Positions 1 through 10,877 of a stretch of 64,000 bases of DNA are shown piece by piece. Where the stretch lies: positions 40,561 through 104,560 of the forward strand of contig JAYGDX010000073.1 in the NCBI GenBank assembly GCA_046582655.1, read 5' to 3'. This DNA comes from Candidatus Poribacteria bacterium (GTDB taxonomy: Bacteria; Poribacteria; WGA-4E; UBA9662). A program made the position numbers and the translations under genes. The notes under the pieces were generated by a model. That model made no database searches. It saw only the letters and a list, made by a program, of their open reading frames with translations, and had not been told where the DNA came from. The number at the start of each line of letters is the position of its first letter. Position 1 is the stretch's first letter.

Positions 1-1354
1 CTATAACGGCTTCGAAATTACCAAAGGCCTTATTGTCATTCCAAGTTGAACCAGCAATGGCACGCGTCGTAGCATGAACACCTGCTATTCGTAACTGCTC
101 AACAATCACATCCGCAACTCGACGTAGCTCAATACCTGCTTCATGAGTTTGGATATTGATCGAGAGTAATTTGCCGTTCTTCTGGTAAAATCCATCAGCA
201 TTGATCCGCCAACCGTTTGTTTCAATTAACATCTGTCCGGACTTCACGTCTGCAGTTGAATCTATCCAGAGGTTCTTGATTACGCTAATGTAGGGCTCCA
301 TCCCAGCATATTCAACAAAGATAGTCTTAGACGGAATCGATGTTCCTTCATAAGCAATTTCAACAATCTGCTGGCGATCGATAATTAGACTAAGTGCCTT
401 CCGCATGTCAGGGCTATTCCAAGGTTCAATTGTATGGTTCAAAGACATTTGGCGTGGACAGGGATCTAGCCAGACAAAGGGCATACGGTTTTTCCAAGCA
501 ATAACATTTCGGTTAATCGCTTGAATTGCTTCGAAAGCACCAAGTGTGATTCCTCCAACACTATCAAGTTGGCTATCAGCAACCAGCAGTGACCTGTTTT
601 CTTCCACTCCAGTTACGATCCAAATTAATCGTTTGGGAACGGGTAGATCCTGAAAATCTGCTTTAGCTCCCCACCAATCATCACGCCGATCATATACGAA
701 CTCATTCTCGTTGGCACTAACCAGTTGATATGGGCCTGTACCAAAAGGCCAACCTTTCGATGGATCATAGAAATCAAAAGTGAAAGGATCTTTATCCTTC
801 CAGATATGTTCTGGAAGAATCACAACGTTCCCCCAAACCCGTACCGAGAAGTAATCCAGTTGAAACCGAGGGTTAGGTGATTTCAAATCAAACTGAACGG
901 TTGAATCATCAATCTTTTTGATGTCTGCTATCCATTGTTGCATATTCGCTGCTTCTGCCAGGGTTTTTGTTCCATCTTTTAATAAGGTATCGATGGTGAA
1001 TATAATATCATCGGCATCAAATACTTCACCATCAGCCCACGTTACATCTTTGCGGATTTTAAGTGTCCAGATATCCATATTGTCGTTCGAGGTGAAACTC
1101 CTGCCCAGAAAAGGTTCAATTTGAGTCGTTTCGTAATTTAGTATAAAGAGCGGTTCCCAAACGGTTTGGTGCATACCTTGGCTTCGAGATGTACCAGGAA
1201 CCATCCAGTTAAAATTGCGAGGATTAGCCATTTTTCCGTAAGCATCAAAAATAACTGTATCTTCTCTAGGAACATTTTTTAGGGCAACTACATGGTTGCT
1301 AAAAGCTACGGTAAACAGAATGAAAGCTAAAATAAATACAAAATTGTCCTTCAT
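1..1354 (-). CDS. ABC transporter substrate-binding protein, peptide/nickel family 5 (runs off the window; absent from ORF track)
   Basis: Manual translation from ATG at 1354: signal peptide MKDNFVFILAFILFTVAF, then WEPLF, WTLKIRKDVTWADGEVFDADDIIFT, GTGPY, RKALSLIIDRQQI; frame open to window edge. Confidence 0.9.
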   Translation of the reverse strand, partial: MKDNFVFILAFILFTVAFSNHVVALKNVPREDTVIFDAYGKMANPRNFNWMVPGTSRSQGMHQTVWEPLFILNYETTQIEPFLGRSFTSNDNMDIWTLKIRKDVTWADGEVFDADDIIFTIDTLLKDGTKTLAEAANMQQWIADIKKIDDSTVQFDLKSPNPRFQLDYFSVRVWGNVVILPEHIWKDKDPFTFDFYDPSKGWPFGTGPYQLVSANENEFVYDRRDDWWGAKADFQDLPVPKRLIWIVTGVEENRSLLVADSQLDSVGGITLGAFEAIQAINRNVIAWKNRMPFVWLDPCPRQMSLNHTIEPWNSPDMRKALSLIIDRQQIVEIAYEGTSIPSKTIFVEYAGMEPYISVIKNLWIDSTADVKSGQMLIETNGWRINADGFYQKNGKLLSINIQTHEAGIELRRVADVIVEQLRIAGVHATTRAIAGSTWNDNKAFGNFEAVI

Positions 1355-1706
1355 AAAAAAATCCAACTTTCAGAATAGGGTAAGATTAGTCCAGTATAAT
1401 TTATTATGTTTCCTTGTCTTAATGCAAGAAAACATGTTGGGAACTGATATGCTTATTTCAGTTGAGTTAATAGTAAGTTTGATGTGTGTATATTATTTCA
1501 GACAGGTTAGTTTTCATAGATATTGAGAGGGTGAACCCCATTTTCGGTCAATGAAAACATGGACCTGCTGGATAAAACAGCAATGTCGATAGTTAGGTGA
1601 TTATATTCAAAATAATTAATACCTTTAGCGAAACATCTGCAATAGGTAGCTCGTTATGTATACAAGATATGAAATTTGATCTGATAATTACATTGGTGTT
1701 GAGTTT

Positions 1707-1925
1707 ATGTGGCTTACATTAGAAGACGCGGCAGAAAAATTAGGCGTTAGTATTGATACTGTCCATGAAGTTCTTGGAACATCAATAATACAAATACTGG
1801 AATCTCAAGTTGATGAGCTGAGGAACGAGTTAGAGCAGCTACAAAACACATTGCAGCAGAAAGAAACAATGCTATTGTATTTACGTGAACAACCCTTTGA
1901 ACTTTGGACTGACAGACGTACATAA
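1707..1925 (+). CDS. small HTH (excisionase/MerR-like) protein with coiled coil
   Basis: WLTLEDAAEKLGVSIDTV HTH pattern followed by heptad-rich segment. Confidence 0.55.
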   Translation: MWLTLEDAAEKLGVSIDTVHEVLGTSIIQILESQVDELRNELEQLQNTLQQKETMLLYLREQPFELWTDRRT

Positions 1926-2406
1926 AAACACTCGATTCGCCATATTATTCTTGCCATGATATTCCCCGTTTGATGAGAAGAAACAGCTTGCTGGCCTCTC
2001 TGTAGTACGATATTCTGAAATTCTGTCTTTAAACCGACTTAGTTTTTAAAGCAGTTTATCTAGAATGGGCCTGCTAATCTTTGCCCAGCCTTCCGCTAAT
2101 TTCGAATTAAATGCACTCATTCTGAATACTCGTTAGCTGCAACCTAATTGTATATTGAGGTTGTAAATGATATTTGAAATACTGGATATGAACTGTTCAA
2201 AGGAAAAAACATTCAGTATCTAGCCCGCATGTTCAGAGAAATAGGAAGTTCTGCCTATATTCTGCTATTTTACATGTTTGATTTTATCTTATTTTTACTT
2301 AAATATGTGGATCATGATTAAATGAAACTTGATTCTTTTGTCATAATAACAGGGAGTTTTTGTGGATTTGAGGTGGAACTGAGACAAAGGGGGTTGGTGG
2401 CGAGAA

Positions 2407-2595
2407 CTGAAACATGGAAGGCCTAGCCCCGTACTCTTAGAGATTCCAGGAGATGTCGCGCTGGAGGGATTCCTAGACGATGCTTTCGATTATACTCCAG
2501 TGAAGGTCCGCAAGTCCAGCGTAGACGCTAGTGGTGTCTGAGAGTTGGTGACATCTCTGCTTGAGACTTCATGTCTTGTCATTAGTTCGGTGCGG
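2407..2595 (+). pseudogene. internal fragment of thiamine-pyrophosphate-dependent (acetolactate synthase-like) enzyme
   Basis: Translates LKHGRPSPVLLEIPGDVALEGFLDDAFDYTPVKVRKSSVDASGV*ELVTSLL; resembles the GRPGPVxxxIPxDV motif; no start, internal stop. Confidence 0.65.
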
Positions 2596-2897
2596 ATCTC
2601 ATCTTCCATTTAGTGTACCATCAATTAATAAGGAGGACGGTCGATGGCGCTACAGATGATAACCAAGACGGAGGAAAATGCCTCATGCTACCTGTTGTGA
2701 GGATTTGCAGGTATACTGATCCATGTTAGTATAATATAATTATAGTTTTCTGATAAGGGTGGTTTATTTATGCCGAAAATTCCCGTAGGAAAGTTAACAA
2801 AAATTTATCGGCTAATATCTTCTGCGTTTCAGTTCTATGGTCAGAACTTGCGTCTATTAATTTTTATTTGATTCATTGTTGATCTAGGAAGGACACT

Positions 2898-4367
2898 GTG
2901 TCTAAAATCGTCGTTGCCAATTGTTTTCAGGAAACCAACTCATTTCATCCTAATTCTACCACCTATGAGCATTTTAACGTCCATTTTGGTCAAGATTTAT
3001 TCGAGGCTGATCGTCAGGATATTAGTGGCGCCTTAAATGTCTTTTCTCGACAAACTAATATAGAACTTGTACCTACCTATGGAGCGGGTATGGGGGCAGG
3101 TGGGACCATTACCCAAGCGTGCTTCGATCAAATTGCCGAAGAATGTCTTGAAGCTATAGAAAAACACAGTACCAATGCCGAAGCACTTTATTTTTCCATG
3201 CATGGGGCAATGGCAGCAGAAGAGGAAAAGGATCCAGAAGGCTACCTCCTTGAGGAAACCCGAAAGATTCTGGGACCTAATGTGCCCATCGTGATTTCAT
3301 TAGACATGCATGGCACCGTTACTCGTCGCATGTTACAAAACATCAACGGAGCTGCCATTCTACACACTTATCCTCATATCGATTGGTATCAGTTAGGAAA
3401 GCGCGCAGCTAGTATGTTGCTGCGTATTCTGGAGGGGGTGAAGCCTATTATAGCTAGCGTTTACACGCCGACCATGGTGCGTGGTGACGAACTGAAGACA
3501 GCCACCGGCGTCCACGGTACGCTCATACGACACTGCGAACACCTCGAAGAAAGGAACGACGTATTGGCTGCAGGTATTATGCTTGGCCATCCGCCTACCG
3601 ATGTACCGGAACAGGGTTCCAGAATTGTTATTGTCACCGATGATAATAGAGAATTGGCTGAACAGGAGGCCTTGAAACTAGGAACCGATTTTTGGGCCCT
3701 ACGGGCACGTATGCAGTGCGTATTGTACAGGGTGGAAGATGCAATTAAAATAGCAAAAAAATCGGATGGGCCTGTTATCTTCTCCGATGCTGCTGATGCC
3801 ACCAGTTCTGGAGCACCAGGTACCAGTAACGCTATTCTTAAAGGACTTTTGCAGAGTGATTATGCTGGACGGGTACTTTTCCCAATTCGGGATGAGCCTG
3901 CTGTTGAGAAAGCGATGGAAGCAGGAATAGGCAGAACCATTACTGTCCCGCTTGGTGGGACCAAAGATCCTCGCTTTATTCCGCTAGAAGTAGAGGTCAC
4001 GGTGGAAATGCTATCGACTGGCAAGTATTTCTCTCAAGGAAATGGTATGGGAAATGCTGGTCCTCTAGCTATACTAAGAACCAATAATATCACCATCGTT
4101 GTCTCAACTCAACCTAGTGTTTTGTGCGATTACTCAATGTATCTCGGTCTGGGACAAGATCCGAAAAAATTCGATATAATTATCGTTAAATTGCCTCATA
4201 CTCCGCATCATCTTTATGATGCTTGGGCTGTAAGGAACATGACTATCGATGTTCCAGGTGCTGCCAGTCCCAACATCAAGACATTGGGACACAAAATTGT
4301 CCCGCGCCCCATTTATCCGTTGGATGAAGATATGTCCTTTATACCTAGCGTAGAGGTGTTTTCATAG
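2898..4367 (+). CDS. M81 family metallopeptidase (MlrC-like)
   Basis: QETNSF, HGAM, DxEG, LDMHG, TYPHID motifs. Confidence 0.9.
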   Translation: MSKIVVANCFQETNSFHPNSTTYEHFNVHFGQDLFEADRQDISGALNVFSRQTNIELVPTYGAGMGAGGTITQACFDQIAEECLEAIEKHSTNAEALYFSMHGAMAAEEEKDPEGYLLEETRKILGPNVPIVISLDMHGTVTRRMLQNINGAAILHTYPHIDWYQLGKRAASMLLRILEGVKPIIASVYTPTMVRGDELKTATGVHGTLIRHCEHLEERNDVLAAGIMLGHPPTDVPEQGSRIVIVTDDNRELAEQEALKLGTDFWALRARMQCVLYRVEDAIKIAKKSDGPVIFSDAADATSSGAPGTSNAILKGLLQSDYAGRVLFPIRDEPAVEKAMEAGIGRTITVPLGGTKDPRFIPLEVEVTVEMLSTGKYFSQGNGMGNAGPLAILRTNNITIVVSTQPSVLCDYSMYLGLGQDPKKFDIIIVKLPHTPHHLYDAWAVRNMTIDVPGAASPNIKTLGHKIVPRPIYPLDEDMSFIPSVEVFS

Positions 4368-4602
4368 ATACTATTCTATTGTACTCGCTTCGCTGAAAGT
4401 GTGTGATGGAGATTTTCAGATTGACTGGAACGGTTGACCCTAATTCTACTATACTTTTTTGGAATTATGGTTTTATTTGGGTTGGAGGTCACTTGGACTT
4501 AATGAGGAGTGGTTATAATGTCTCGGATTAATATAATTTTTTCCTCGACGCTTCATTTCTATAATCTTTAATAATGCTATATTTCATTTGAGGGGGATGG
4601 TA

Positions 4603-5337
4603 ATGAGTAGTAAAGAAGAACTCTTCGCTCATCTTGACAAACACGGTTACGTTGTACTGAAGGGGGTTTTGACAGTGAATCAGGTTGGCGCACTGAGGGA
4701 AAGGTCAATCGAGCTGATAAAAAAAGAGCGGGAGTTAGGAGCACAATTATACTTAGATAACAGATCGCAGCGCGTATGGAATTTAGTGAACAAAGGCAAA
4801 ATCTTTGCGGACATGATACAGCATCCGTCGGTATTGGAGTTTCAAGAATATTTGTTGGGAAATAATTGTACTTTAAGCAGTTTTACAGTCAATCTGATAG
4901 GACCGGGGTCTCCCGTTTCCGGGCTACACATTGATTATCCATTGAGTAATCTTCCAACACCACACCCATCCTTTGCTCTTTGTGCCAACAGCGTTTATCT
5001 GCTTGATGATTTCAGTTTGGAAAACGGCGCTACACGGCTTATTCCTGGAAGTCACAAGCGTGGCTATGGTCCTTCACCCGGTGAGATGTATGATGATGTT
5101 ATTCAAGTCACTGGTAAGAAAGGAGACATTATTATTGTTCATGGACATATATGGCACAGTAGTGGCGAAAATCACACTGATCGGGATCGCGTTGCTTTAC
5201 TAGGTTTCTTCTGCCGTTCTTTTATGAAGCCACAGCAAGATCATCTGAAGCTAATTGCAACAGATATTATTGAAGAGGCCTCCCCCACTTTAAAGCGGTT
5301 GCTCGGCATGGATTCACAGCCAAACCTAAATGATTAA
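4603..5337 (+). CDS. phytanoyl-CoA dioxygenase (PhyH) family protein
   Basis: GYVVL, LHID (HxD), NGATRLIPGSH, WH..G.N...R; start placed after GAGGGG RBS. Confidence 0.9.
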   Translation: MSSKEELFAHLDKHGYVVLKGVLTVNQVGALRERSIELIKKERELGAQLYLDNRSQRVWNLVNKGKIFADMIQHPSVLEFQEYLLGNNCTLSSFTVNLIGPGSPVSGLHIDYPLSNLPTPHPSFALCANSVYLLDDFSLENGATRLIPGSHKRGYGPSPGEMYDDVIQVTGKKGDIIIVHGHIWHSSGENHTDRDRVALLGFFCRSFMKPQQDHLKLIATDIIEEASPTLKRLLGMDSQPNLND

Positions 5338-5455
5338 ACTCAAGTAGGTTGTGGTGAGAGTCGTATGATAAATTGAGGTTACTTAACTCCTTCTCCCTTC
5401 CTGATTCCTAATCAAACATGAATATAGGTAAAGGTTGATAACAAACTGCCATCTT

Positions 5456-6340
5456 TCAGTTTGTTCGGTGCATGACAACGCCTTTAGGGTTTTCGAGGGC
5501 ATCCATCCATAGTCGACACCACTCAGTGTGGTCTGTTAGTACATTGTCGGAATTGCTTGAACTGCGAACAACAAACGCCGGATGTCCAGTACGGCCAGTG
5601 TGCTGACCGGTCGGTTGGTATCGTAGATCAATTGACCAACGGCATGACTCTGAAAGGTTGAGATTTCCACGGTGGGGCGTGAATCTATGCATTAGAATTA
5701 CGTCACCTTTGTAACAGACCATTGGAAGTGGTTCAACATCTGGCACGAGGTCAGGAATGATATGCGTTCCGCCCTCTGGACAATGGTCAAGATACCCTTT
5801 GCTGATGATTCCAGGTAGAATTTCCATACATCCCATTTCAAGTGTCGCATCACCCAGTGGTAGCCAACAAGTGGTTATTTTGGACTTTTCAGCTTCTGGC
5901 ATCATTACTGCCGCATCCTGATGTAAAGGAGCTATGTGAGAAGAAGATTCAGCATCCTGATAATATTTGATTGGTGGTGTAGGACGAAGATGTTGTATGG
6001 GATTGCAGGTGATTTCAGAACCAACCAGGGATTCTACGACGTCAAGTAGGTTTTTGTTGTGGAGAAATTCAAAGATTGCTGGGCCGCGGTAATGCATGAT
6101 ATCTAATCCGTGGGCGATCTCTGAAGATTGCTCGAAAATTAGCCCAAAGCACTTCTCAAACGGTTCATTTTCGTATAACTTCCGGATTTTCCCTGCCACC
6201 TTCAATTCGTGTGCCCGACGATAAATGAAAGCTGATATCTCGTCAATTATTGGTTGCAGGTCTTCATCAGTCAAGGCATTCTTTACAATCAGCACCCCTT
6301 GTGTATTGAACGTATCGATCTGTTTTTTTGTCAACTTCAT
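5456..6340 (-). CDS. PhyH family dioxygenase
   Basis: LHQD, WLPL, GCMEILPG, GDVILMHRFTPH, RWSIDLRY. Confidence 0.9.
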   Translation of the reverse strand: MKLTKKQIDTFNTQGVLIVKNALTDEDLQPIIDEISAFIYRRAHELKVAGKIRKLYENEPFEKCFGLIFEQSSEIAHGLDIMHYRGPAIFEFLHNKNLLDVVESLVGSEITCNPIQHLRPTPPIKYYQDAESSSHIAPLHQDAAVMMPEAEKSKITTCWLPLGDATLEMGCMEILPGIISKGYLDHCPEGGTHIIPDLVPDVEPLPMVCYKGDVILMHRFTPHRGNLNLSESCRWSIDLRYQPTGQHTGRTGHPAFVVRSSSNSDNVLTDHTEWCRLWMDALENPKGVVMHRTN

Positions 6341-6509
6341 GCCTGTTACCTCCAGTCAGGATTTGCATTTTCCTCTTTTATTCTAGCATATCCTATAGTT
6401 GACTCGATAGACTTATAATCCAAAATCAATAATTGAAAAAACAGTGATGATTTGATAACCTTGACCAGATGATTTAAAACCCGTGAGTTGTGTGAGATAG
6501 GATAGAATC

Positions 6510-7265
6510 ATGGTTTCGCTTAAGTTTAAAGCACGAATTCCTGTTTTTGATGCGAATATTCGCGTTGGCGATTTGCACAACGAGTTATCCCCCTGCAGAA
6601 ATCGGAATCAACTGTTGACCGAAATGGATCTACATGGGGTTCAGCAAGCATTGGTTTACCATGTTCAGGCTGAAACCATTAGCCCTGTTGATGGTAATCG
6701 TTACCTAGAATCATGGCTTGATAATGACGGACGTACGTATCCACAGTGGTTGGTTATGCCCTCATCTGATTCCATCTCCCAGATTCAGACACTTTACGCC
6801 AAAGGTAAAGTTCAATCTGTTCGTTTGTATGATACTCAATCAGTAGGTTTGCCTCTGCGACCTTGGGCTTATGACGGACTCCTTTCTTGGCTTAGTGAAG
6901 TTCGTGTTCCGACCTTCATTTCTCTGCCGGATGCTAATTCTGATGAACTGGTAACAACGCTATCGGCCTATCCAGAATTAGTAGCGGTTTTAGTCGGAGC
7001 GCATTATCAACATGCTCTCTGGATACGACCGATTTTAACGGCTTTGCCTAATGCCTATCTGGAGTTGAGTCGTTACGAACCAATCGGTGAGATAGAAGCG
7101 TTGCGCGATGAGTTTGGGGCTAATCGGTTGATCTATGGTTCTTGGTATCCGCGTTATGCTATGGGACCGATGTTGTTTTACCTACACCATACCACCTTGA
7201 CAGAGGCCGAATTGGCATTGGTTTGTGCTGGTAATCTAACCCGAATTTTAGAGGAGGTGTTATGA
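6510..7265 (+). CDS. amidohydrolase_2-fold protein lacking metal ligands
   Basis: FDAN for DxHxH, PNAYLELS, GANRLIYGSWYP for FGSDxP. Confidence 0.75.
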   Translation: MVSLKFKARIPVFDANIRVGDLHNELSPCRNRNQLLTEMDLHGVQQALVYHVQAETISPVDGNRYLESWLDNDGRTYPQWLVMPSSDSISQIQTLYAKGKVQSVRLYDTQSVGLPLRPWAYDGLLSWLSEVRVPTFISLPDANSDELVTTLSAYPELVAVLVGAHYQHALWIRPILTALPNAYLELSRYEPIGEIEALRDEFGANRLIYGSWYPRYAMGPMLFYLHHTTLTEAELALVCAGNLTRILEEVL

Positions 7266-8014
7266 TGATTGAAAGTAGTCGAGTCATTGACTTTCACGGC
7301 CACGTTGGTCGCTGGGATATATATGGGATGATAGACAATCCAGATCTGATGCTGCAAGCCATGGACGCGGTGGGAATTGACAATGCCTGTCTATTTCATA
7401 TTTTCCATCCTGATGGAGTTTCCAGTAATGATTTGACAGCACGCTTTGTCGCACAACATCCAGATCGTTTTGTTGGTTTTGCATATGTTTCACCCCTTAT
7501 GTCTTCTGGTTGTATAGACGAACTAGCGCGAGCAATTGACGAATTGCAATTTTCTGCTATTAAGCTCTATCCACCCTACACTCCTTGGCCGCTGAATAAA
7601 CCGCAGTGGAATCCTATCTACGAATTCGCTGACGAGCGAGGATTGACCATCATTTTTCATACTGATAGTGGTCCTCAAAGTCAGCCCAAGTTTATAGCCG
7701 ATATCGCACCTCGCTATCCAAACGCCAATTTTGTGGCAGGTCATTCGGGTAACATTGCCGAGCCACGGGGGCAAGCCATCGCAGCCGCGCGAGCCTATCC
7801 AAACGTATATTTGGAAACTTGTTCAACCTTTCGCACCCCTGGAGTGATTGAAGAATTGGTGAATGAAGCGGGTGCAGATCGTGTATTGTTCGGTTCGGAT
7901 ATGCCTTTGATGGATCCACGTTCCCAGATTGGTAAGATTATCACTGCCCGTATTTCTGATGAAGCCAAGCAGAAAATTTTGGGCGGAAATGCCAGCCGTT
8001 TGTTAGGAATCTAA
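7262..8014 (+). CDS. amidohydrolase_2 family metallohydrolase
   Basis: IDFHGH, FHT, GHSG, PNVYLET, GADRVLFGSDMP, ILGGNA; ATGA overlap with upstream gene. Confidence 0.9.
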   Translation: MMIESSRVIDFHGHVGRWDIYGMIDNPDLMLQAMDAVGIDNACLFHIFHPDGVSSNDLTARFVAQHPDRFVGFAYVSPLMSSGCIDELARAIDELQFSAIKLYPPYTPWPLNKPQWNPIYEFADERGLTIIFHTDSGPQSQPKFIADIAPRYPNANFVAGHSGNIAEPRGQAIAAARAYPNVYLETCSTFRTPGVIEELVNEAGADRVLFGSDMPLMDPRSQIGKIITARISDEAKQKILGGNASRLLGI

Positions 8015-8131
8015 ATTTCCTTAGTTTGTTTGGTTTTGTACGCATTCTAATTTATATCGTAGAAAAGAATTTATATTTAGCATGCCAGATTGGGCTTAAG
8101 GATCAAAGAGGTGATTGTAACGAGTACTCAC

Positions 8132-8806
8132 TTACACTTGGAACTTGAGTTGACTCGCCTTATCGTTTTGGATATTGGCACAATGCTCCTCAAAATTCAG
8201 CATCTCTATAAGGCTAACACCATTGGCCATTGCTTCCAGCAGACGATCTTCATTTCTCTGGATGTCTTCTGCCACTGGTATAAGAGCATCCAACTCCTCG
8301 ATGGTTGCAACGACGATACCATCATCGTCACCGAACAGAATATCCCCGGGATTTACGATGATGCTGCCACATATGACCGGAATCTGGGTTTCAAAAAGCT
8401 GGTTTGTCGTGCCAGGCACACAACTTACTGACCGAGCGTAATAAGGAATTTCCATAGTTCGAACAGCTGCGGTGTCTCGACAGGGGCCATCGTTGATGAT
8501 ACCTGCTAGTCCCTTGCGTGCGGCTTCGGTTGGAAACAACTCACCAGTGAGTGCTTTGTGACTGTTCTGTGAGTCGATGACAATTACTTCCCCTGGCATG
8601 GCATCGCGTAAGGCCTTAACCACGGTCAAAAAGTCATCATAACAAGTGACCGTGTGTGCGTAACCTACAAGCTTCAGCCCTATGCAGATCGGTCGTATTC
8701 CAGAGTCCATAACGCGCAGATTTAAGTTTAGTACTTTATCCGCATCGCAAATGCATGCTGTATCGAGTTTCAACAAGCGCTGCTTAATATCATCAAAATT
8801 TATCAT
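8132..8806 (-). CDS. RraA family / HMG-CHA aldolase-like protein
   Basis: TACICDA, GEL, DGPCRD, VNPGDILFGDDDGIVV. Confidence 0.88.
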   Translation of the reverse strand: MINFDDIKQRLLKLDTACICDADKVLNLNLRVMDSGIRPICIGLKLVGYAHTVTCYDDFLTVVKALRDAMPGEVIVIDSQNSHKALTGELFPTEAARKGLAGIINDGPCRDTAAVRTMEIPYYARSVSCVPGTTNQLFETQIPVICGSIIVNPGDILFGDDDGIVVATIEELDALIPVAEDIQRNEDRLLEAMANGVSLIEMLNFEEHCANIQNDKASQLKFQV

Positions 8807-9332
8807 GTCCTTCTCCAATTGCAGATTTCAGAATAAGAGTTCGGATTTCGTCAATTTCATGTTTGCAGACGTCCTTCATCCTGAAATCTCTTTATTGTAT
8901 GTATATGCAAGAGCCACCATTTGGTCGTCGTTAGTAAAATCGGATTTTCGCTTTGGGTTAGATTTCTACAAATGTGCGTGATTGAACAAAATCACTGGCG
9001 ATTGTTACAGATATCACTGTTTCATTTGTTGCGTTTCTTCAATAGCAAGGGGTTAGATGAACGTAAAAGGAGGATAATTGTCTTCAATATTTCACCTACG
9101 ATAACACGACCAGCCGAAGGGATCAATGGATATATAATATTCGTCATTAACCTCAATGTACAATTGCTATTTTGTTTGTTCTAATATGTTTCTTCTGATA
9201 AGATGATGAACCTGAAATGAGGAAGTTTCCACGATTAACAATGATTTATCTTCCAGATCTTTGTAGGCCAATAATCCAAGTTTGGCTAAAGCCAGACGTC
9301 CAATTACAGGAAACTTGTATTAGTAGCCAATC

Positions 9333-9490
9333 GGTCCAGTCCTATTGGGACTTTTCCTGTCTGTTTTCTGTGAGACCTCGCCCAATTTGCGTTGGATTCA
9401 ATCTCATGGTGCTGGTATGAACAATTTCCTGTTCCCTGGAATCATTGACCAAGATTTTACGGTGACCAATATGGCAGGCCGTCAGCCAGG
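9333..9490 (+). pseudogene. fragment of D-2-hydroxyacid dehydrogenase (substrate-binding domain)
   Basis: Translates SPNLRWIQSHGAGMNNFLFPGIIDQDFTVTNMAG, matching the LRWIQxxGAGxD...VTNxxG pattern; NAD-binding domain absent. Confidence 0.65.
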
Positions 9491-9677
9491 AAGCTAGGTA
9501 CGTCTGAGCATTATTGCTTTCTTTCGTTCGTACACTTTCGACATCGTGTCAATGGCCGGAAATTTTGGCAAATGCTTGCTGTCGAACTGACGTGAGGAAC
9601 GTTTGGAATCGTCGGTCTAGGTATACTGATCTAGCTTGTGCAACCTAATTTTCTTCTAGTTACGACTAAGGAAGGTT

Positions 9678-10877
9678 ATGCAAAGACCGCCTAAAGTTAA
9701 TCCGAAAAAGTATTTATGGTGGTGTTGTATCCTTCATGTTATCAATGATGGGTATATTGCCAGTTTGTCTCTCTTACTGCCCTTCATAGCTAAGGATTTG
9801 GATCTTACCTATACCGAATCTGGTTTGCTTAAAACTGCTATCCACGGTGCTATAAGTGTTGCTCAAGTTCCTGCCGGATTCTTAGCCGAGCGCTTCGGGG
9901 ACATTGTGATGCTTGGTCTAGGAGGCTTATGGTTCAGCTTTAGCTATATGATTTTGTTCTTGGCATTTAGTTATTCTTTTACGTTGATCTTGATACTTTC
10001 GGCTGGCGTTGGTGGTGGTGTTTATCATCCTGTAGGCACTGCTCTAGTATCCAATGCCTACCTGGATGGGGAGTCTGGTTCAGCTATCAGCACATTGAAT
10101 TTCTTCGGTGATGTTGGTAAAGCGATCTTCCCCTTTCTAGCCGGTGTGTTGGTTGTCAGGTTCGGATGGCGAGTAAATTGCGTGGTGTTAGGAATGGTTG
10201 GATTGGGAACCTCTATTTTATATCTGTTGTTCTTTCGAAGGGAAATCCGCTTAAAAAGACTTTCGTTAGAGGTCTCAGGCGACCAGTTTGATAAAACAAG
10301 TAGGAGGTGGGGGATAGCACAACCGGGCCAATTCACCCTCTATTCTGTCCTCGGGCTTTTGGACAATGGTATTCGATCTGCCGTTACGACATTTTTAGGA
10401 TTTTTGCTCATTGAAAAAAGAGGAATTCAGGAGAGTTCTGTGGGTGGAATGATGTCGTTAGTTTTTTTGGGTGGGGCGTTGGGAAAACTCTTATGTGGTC
10501 TGTCAATCCAGAAATTTGGCGTAAAGAAAATTATTCTGGTAACAGAGATACTGATGGTCCTCGGTTGTTTTGTCCTACCCATGATCCCATCAAGATGGAT
10601 TCTTTTACTTTTTTTGCCGCTATTTGGGTTTATGTTGAATGGTACATCTTCTGTCATCTATGTTGGTGTTGCACCAACGCTTAGGTCTGAGTTTCGAAGC
10701 CGTGGATACGCGTTACACTATACTCTTAGCTTTCTTTCCTCGGCGATTACGCCTTATCTTTTTGGATTGGTTGGCGATGCATACGGTCTGAATACTATTT
10801 TCCATGCGACAGCCATAGTCATGTTACTGGGTTTGCCGTTAGTGTTTTTTTTTGAAAGAAAGAGAGAATTTCGATAA
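9678..10877 (+). CDS. MFS transporter (Fsr-like)
   Basis: About 12 hydrophobic segments, HVINDGY, GFLAERFG, GGGVYHP. Confidence 0.9.
   Translation: MQRPPKVNPKKYLWWCCILHVINDGYIASLSLLLPFIAKDLDLTYTESGLLKTAIHGAISVAQVPAGFLAERFGDIVMLGLGGLWFSFSYMILFLAFSYSFTLILILSAGVGGGVYHPVGTALVSNAYLDGESGSAISTLNFFGDVGKAIFPFLAGVLVVRFGWRVNCVVLGMVGLGTSILYLLFFRREIRLKRLSLEVSGDQFDKTSRRWGIAQPGQFTLYSVLGLLDNGIRSAVTTFLGFLLIEKRGIQESSVGGMMSLVFLGGALGKLLCGLSIQKFGVKKIILVTEILMVLGCFVLPMIPSRWILLLFLPLFGFMLNGTSSVIYVGVAPTLRSEFRSRGYALHYTLSFLSSAITPYLFGLVGDAYGLNTIFHATAIVMLLGLPLVFFFERKREFR

Noticed and set aside
9619..9650. AGGTATACTGATC and TGCAACCTAATT also occur at 2709 and 2138
   Set aside because: Matches of 12-13 bp are expected by chance in 64 kb, and their order differs between loci
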